NCBI GenBank assembly: GCA_033762915.1
Contig: JANRLD010000013.1
Coordinates: forward strand, 1 to 64,000
Length of the DNA: 64,000 bases
Direction: 5' to 3'
Origin: Meiothermus sp.
Lineage (GTDB): Bacteria > Deinococcota > Deinococci > Deinococcales > Thermaceae
This document shows, one piece after another, positions 62,132-64,000 of this stretch. Position 1 is the stretch's first letter. Every line of letters starts with the position of its first letter. The notes below the pieces were generated by a model. That model saw only the letters and a list, made by a program, of their open reading frames with translations. It was not told the origin of the DNA and did not search any database. Made by a program: the position numbers and the translations under genes.

Positions 62132-62610
62132 GTCCGTCGCTAAACCGCTAGATTGACCCAGCTTCCAGCGGGTTTGTAACGGGCGTGACGCAGCCAAGCT
62201 GCATGATAGGGCTACCTGCCGATAGTAGAGACCTTGACGTCCGTTAAGGCGTTGTAGATAGGTTTTGCGGGGCTTACGGGTGCCGCTAAAGGCGCTTGGG
62301 GACGCGGGGCCTGACTCGGGCGTTCGGACACTCCATCGGGTCAAATGTACCGGATAGTAGCCAAATTTCCCCTGATGAGGGACGCGGCGTAGGCTGCACC
62401 GCCGCTCTCGAGAGTCCTTGAGGGTCTTGTGGTACTACCCGAATTGGGTTTATGCCAAGACCCTTTGGTTTACGCTGGGGATAACGAAAACACGCCCCCG
62501 AAACACTTTATCGCCGCTTGGTTTTGCCCTACCCTGCCTGTGTGGGGCCTCGAGCCCTTTCGCGTGCCCGCCCTTACGACCTGCTGACTATGAATGGGAA
62601 GCGTGAGCCG

Positions 62611-64000
62611 ATGCTGAAGCAGACCCCTTGGACCAAGGCCCAGTGGCTATTGTGCGCAGCCCTTCTGACCCTGAACGCGTGCGGCACACTCGAGGTTCAG
62701 ATCCGGGTTACCCCCCCCAGCCAGACCATCGAGGCTGGCGGCCCGGCAGTTCCCCTTGAGGCCATGGTGACGGGCAGCTCCACCTCGGTGCGCTGGGCCG
62801 TCACCCCCAACCTGGGTAGCCTGGACGTTAGTAGCGGGACCACCGTCCGCTACACGCCCCCCGCTAAGGTGAACAAGCTCGAGACCGTGACTATCACCGC
62901 CACGCTCGAGGGATCTGCCCTCCAGGGCTTTAGCAGCCTCACCATCCGGCCGACCGCCGCCGCCAATCAGCCCTTGTCCCTCGACCCTGCCGGGCTGAGC
63001 CTGGTCACGGGCGGCCCGGCGGCTCGTTTCCACGTAACTGGTTCCACCGGCGCACTGGCCTGTGCCCTCGAGCCCGTCCTGGGTCGTTGCCGGGTGGAGG
63101 GTGCGGAAGTCGAGTACACCCCGCCTGCCCAACTCGATAGTCCGGCCCAGGTCCTTCTGACAGTAGGCCTTGAGGCGGGTGGAGCTCAGACAAGTGCTGT
63201 TCTCGAGCTGTCCCCCAGTCCCGGTAACCTCCATGCCGATATGGGTGTCAGTCCGGGCAACGTGACCACCCGCTACGGTGCAGAGGCTACCCGTTTTAGC
63301 GCCGCGGTACCTGAGGGTGCGATGGTCACTTGGAGCTTGTTTCCAGATGTGGGCACTTTGAGCGCAACCAGCGGTAGCACCGTCAGCTACACCCCACCCA
63401 ACCTCATCTCGCCGTACCCGGTTACAGTCATCCTTACCGCCTCGTTGGAGGGCTCTGCGATACGCTCCAGCACCGCCATCACCGTTCGCCCCCCAACCAC
63501 CGCCGAAGTACCCACTTGCCAGTCCTACCTCAGCCCTACCTCCAACGAGACCCTGGTGGGTCTTACGTCCCGGATCTCATACGCCTCCGGCGAGCGGCTC
63601 GAGCTGCGGGTGAGTTCGCCTAATGGGGCCTATGACTTGCTCATATATAAGGAGGGCCAAGCCAGCCAACTCCTGCTGTACCAGCGGCAGATTACTGGTC
63701 AGCGCTACGGGGTTCCGGCCCAGCCCTACGCCAACGGCGTGAACTGGCCGACCAGCTTTCACTTCACGCTCCCGGCCAACTGGTCGAGTGGTTTGTACAA
63801 TGCGATCTTGATGGAACGGGCGTCCCAGCGGTGCTATGAGGTTGTCTTTGTAGTGCGGCCCCGCTCCGACCAGCCTAAAGCCCCCATCGCCCTGCTGGCC
63901 GCCGACCTGACCTGGCAGGCCTACAACTCCTGGGGCGGGGCTTCCTCGTACCGCTGCGCCCTGGGGGAGGCAGACTGCGTCTTCCTGGGCAACCCCGGTA
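62611..64000 (+). CDS. Paralog of the 59464 lipoprotein (Ig repeats + dimethylformamidase-like domain), runs off the window
   Basis: Hand translation: MLKQTPW...LNACGT...VRWAVTPNLGSLD...RYTPP...NWSSGLY...TWQAYNSWGGASSY; no stop before 64000; alternative in-frame ATG at 62590; not in ORF track. Confidence 0.85.
   Translation, partial: MLKQTPWTKAQWLLCAALLTLNACGTLEVQIRVTPPSQTIEAGGPAVPLEAMVTGSSTSVRWAVTPNLGSLDVSSGTTVRYTPPAKVNKLETVTITATLEGSALQGFSSLTIRPTAAANQPLSLDPAGLSLVTGGPAARFHVTGSTGALACALEPVLGRCRVEGAEVEYTPPAQLDSPAQVLLTVGLEAGGAQTSAVLELSPSPGNLHADMGVSPGNVTTRYGAEATRFSAAVPEGAMVTWSLFPDVGTLSATSGSTVSYTPPNLISPYPVTVILTASLEGSAIRSSTAITVRPPTTAEVPTCQSYLSPTSNETLVGLTSRISYASGERLELRVSSPNGAYDLLIYKEGQASQLLLYQRQITGQRYGVPAQPYANGVNWPTSFHFTLPANWSSGLYNAILMERASQRCYEVVFVVRPRSDQPKAPIALLAADLTWQAYNSWGGASSYRCALGEADCVFLGNPG

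Noticed and set aside
62372..62435. Hammerhead-ribozyme-like CTGATGA followed by a GC stem
   Set aside because: The required GAAA reads GAGA, and stems I and III do not pair cleanly next to the core

Overview
GC-rich bacterial chromosomal window, most consistent with a Meiothermus/Calidithermus-like member of Deinococcus-Thermus. This is inferred from a PPK2 class III resembling the Meiothermus ruber enzyme, many leaderless genes and very frequent CTCGAG. I see no rRNA, tRNA or CRISPR array. Contents in order: (1) 1-10.1 kb, a Ser/Thr phosphosignalling cluster (vWA protein end, two zinc-ribbon kinases, FHA protein, pseudokinase-PP2C fusion, vWA-TM-FHA-FHA protein). (2) 10-28.6 kb, mostly housekeeping genes (degenerate C-methyltransferase, GNATs, speA, ppk2, OsmC, oligopeptidase A, birA-bioY, LysM-M23, DAG kinase, degenerate GAF-GGDEF-EAL, NYN). 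(3) 28.8-40.9 kb, a minus-strand SWIM/DUF5691/MoxR-AAA/DUF5682/vWA (Yeh-like) operon whose core genes are interleaved with cargo genes, mostly translationally coupled, including a REP-associated tyrosine transposase and ung. (4) 41.1-48.9 kb, an island around a SARP/BTAD-ATPase-TPR regulator, with five heptamer direct-repeat boxes at fixed distances from -10 hexamers, outlining a regulon. (5) 49-59 kb, mixed metabolism and two pseudogenes. (6) 59.5-64 kb, two tandem Ig-repeat lipoproteins with a dimethylformamidase-like domain; the second is absent from the ORF track. Several dispersed palindromic repeat families occur. The most notable is a ~110-155 bp element in five diverged copies with co-varying, interleaved (pseudoknot-like) stems. 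All family assignments come from motif recognition, not database searches.
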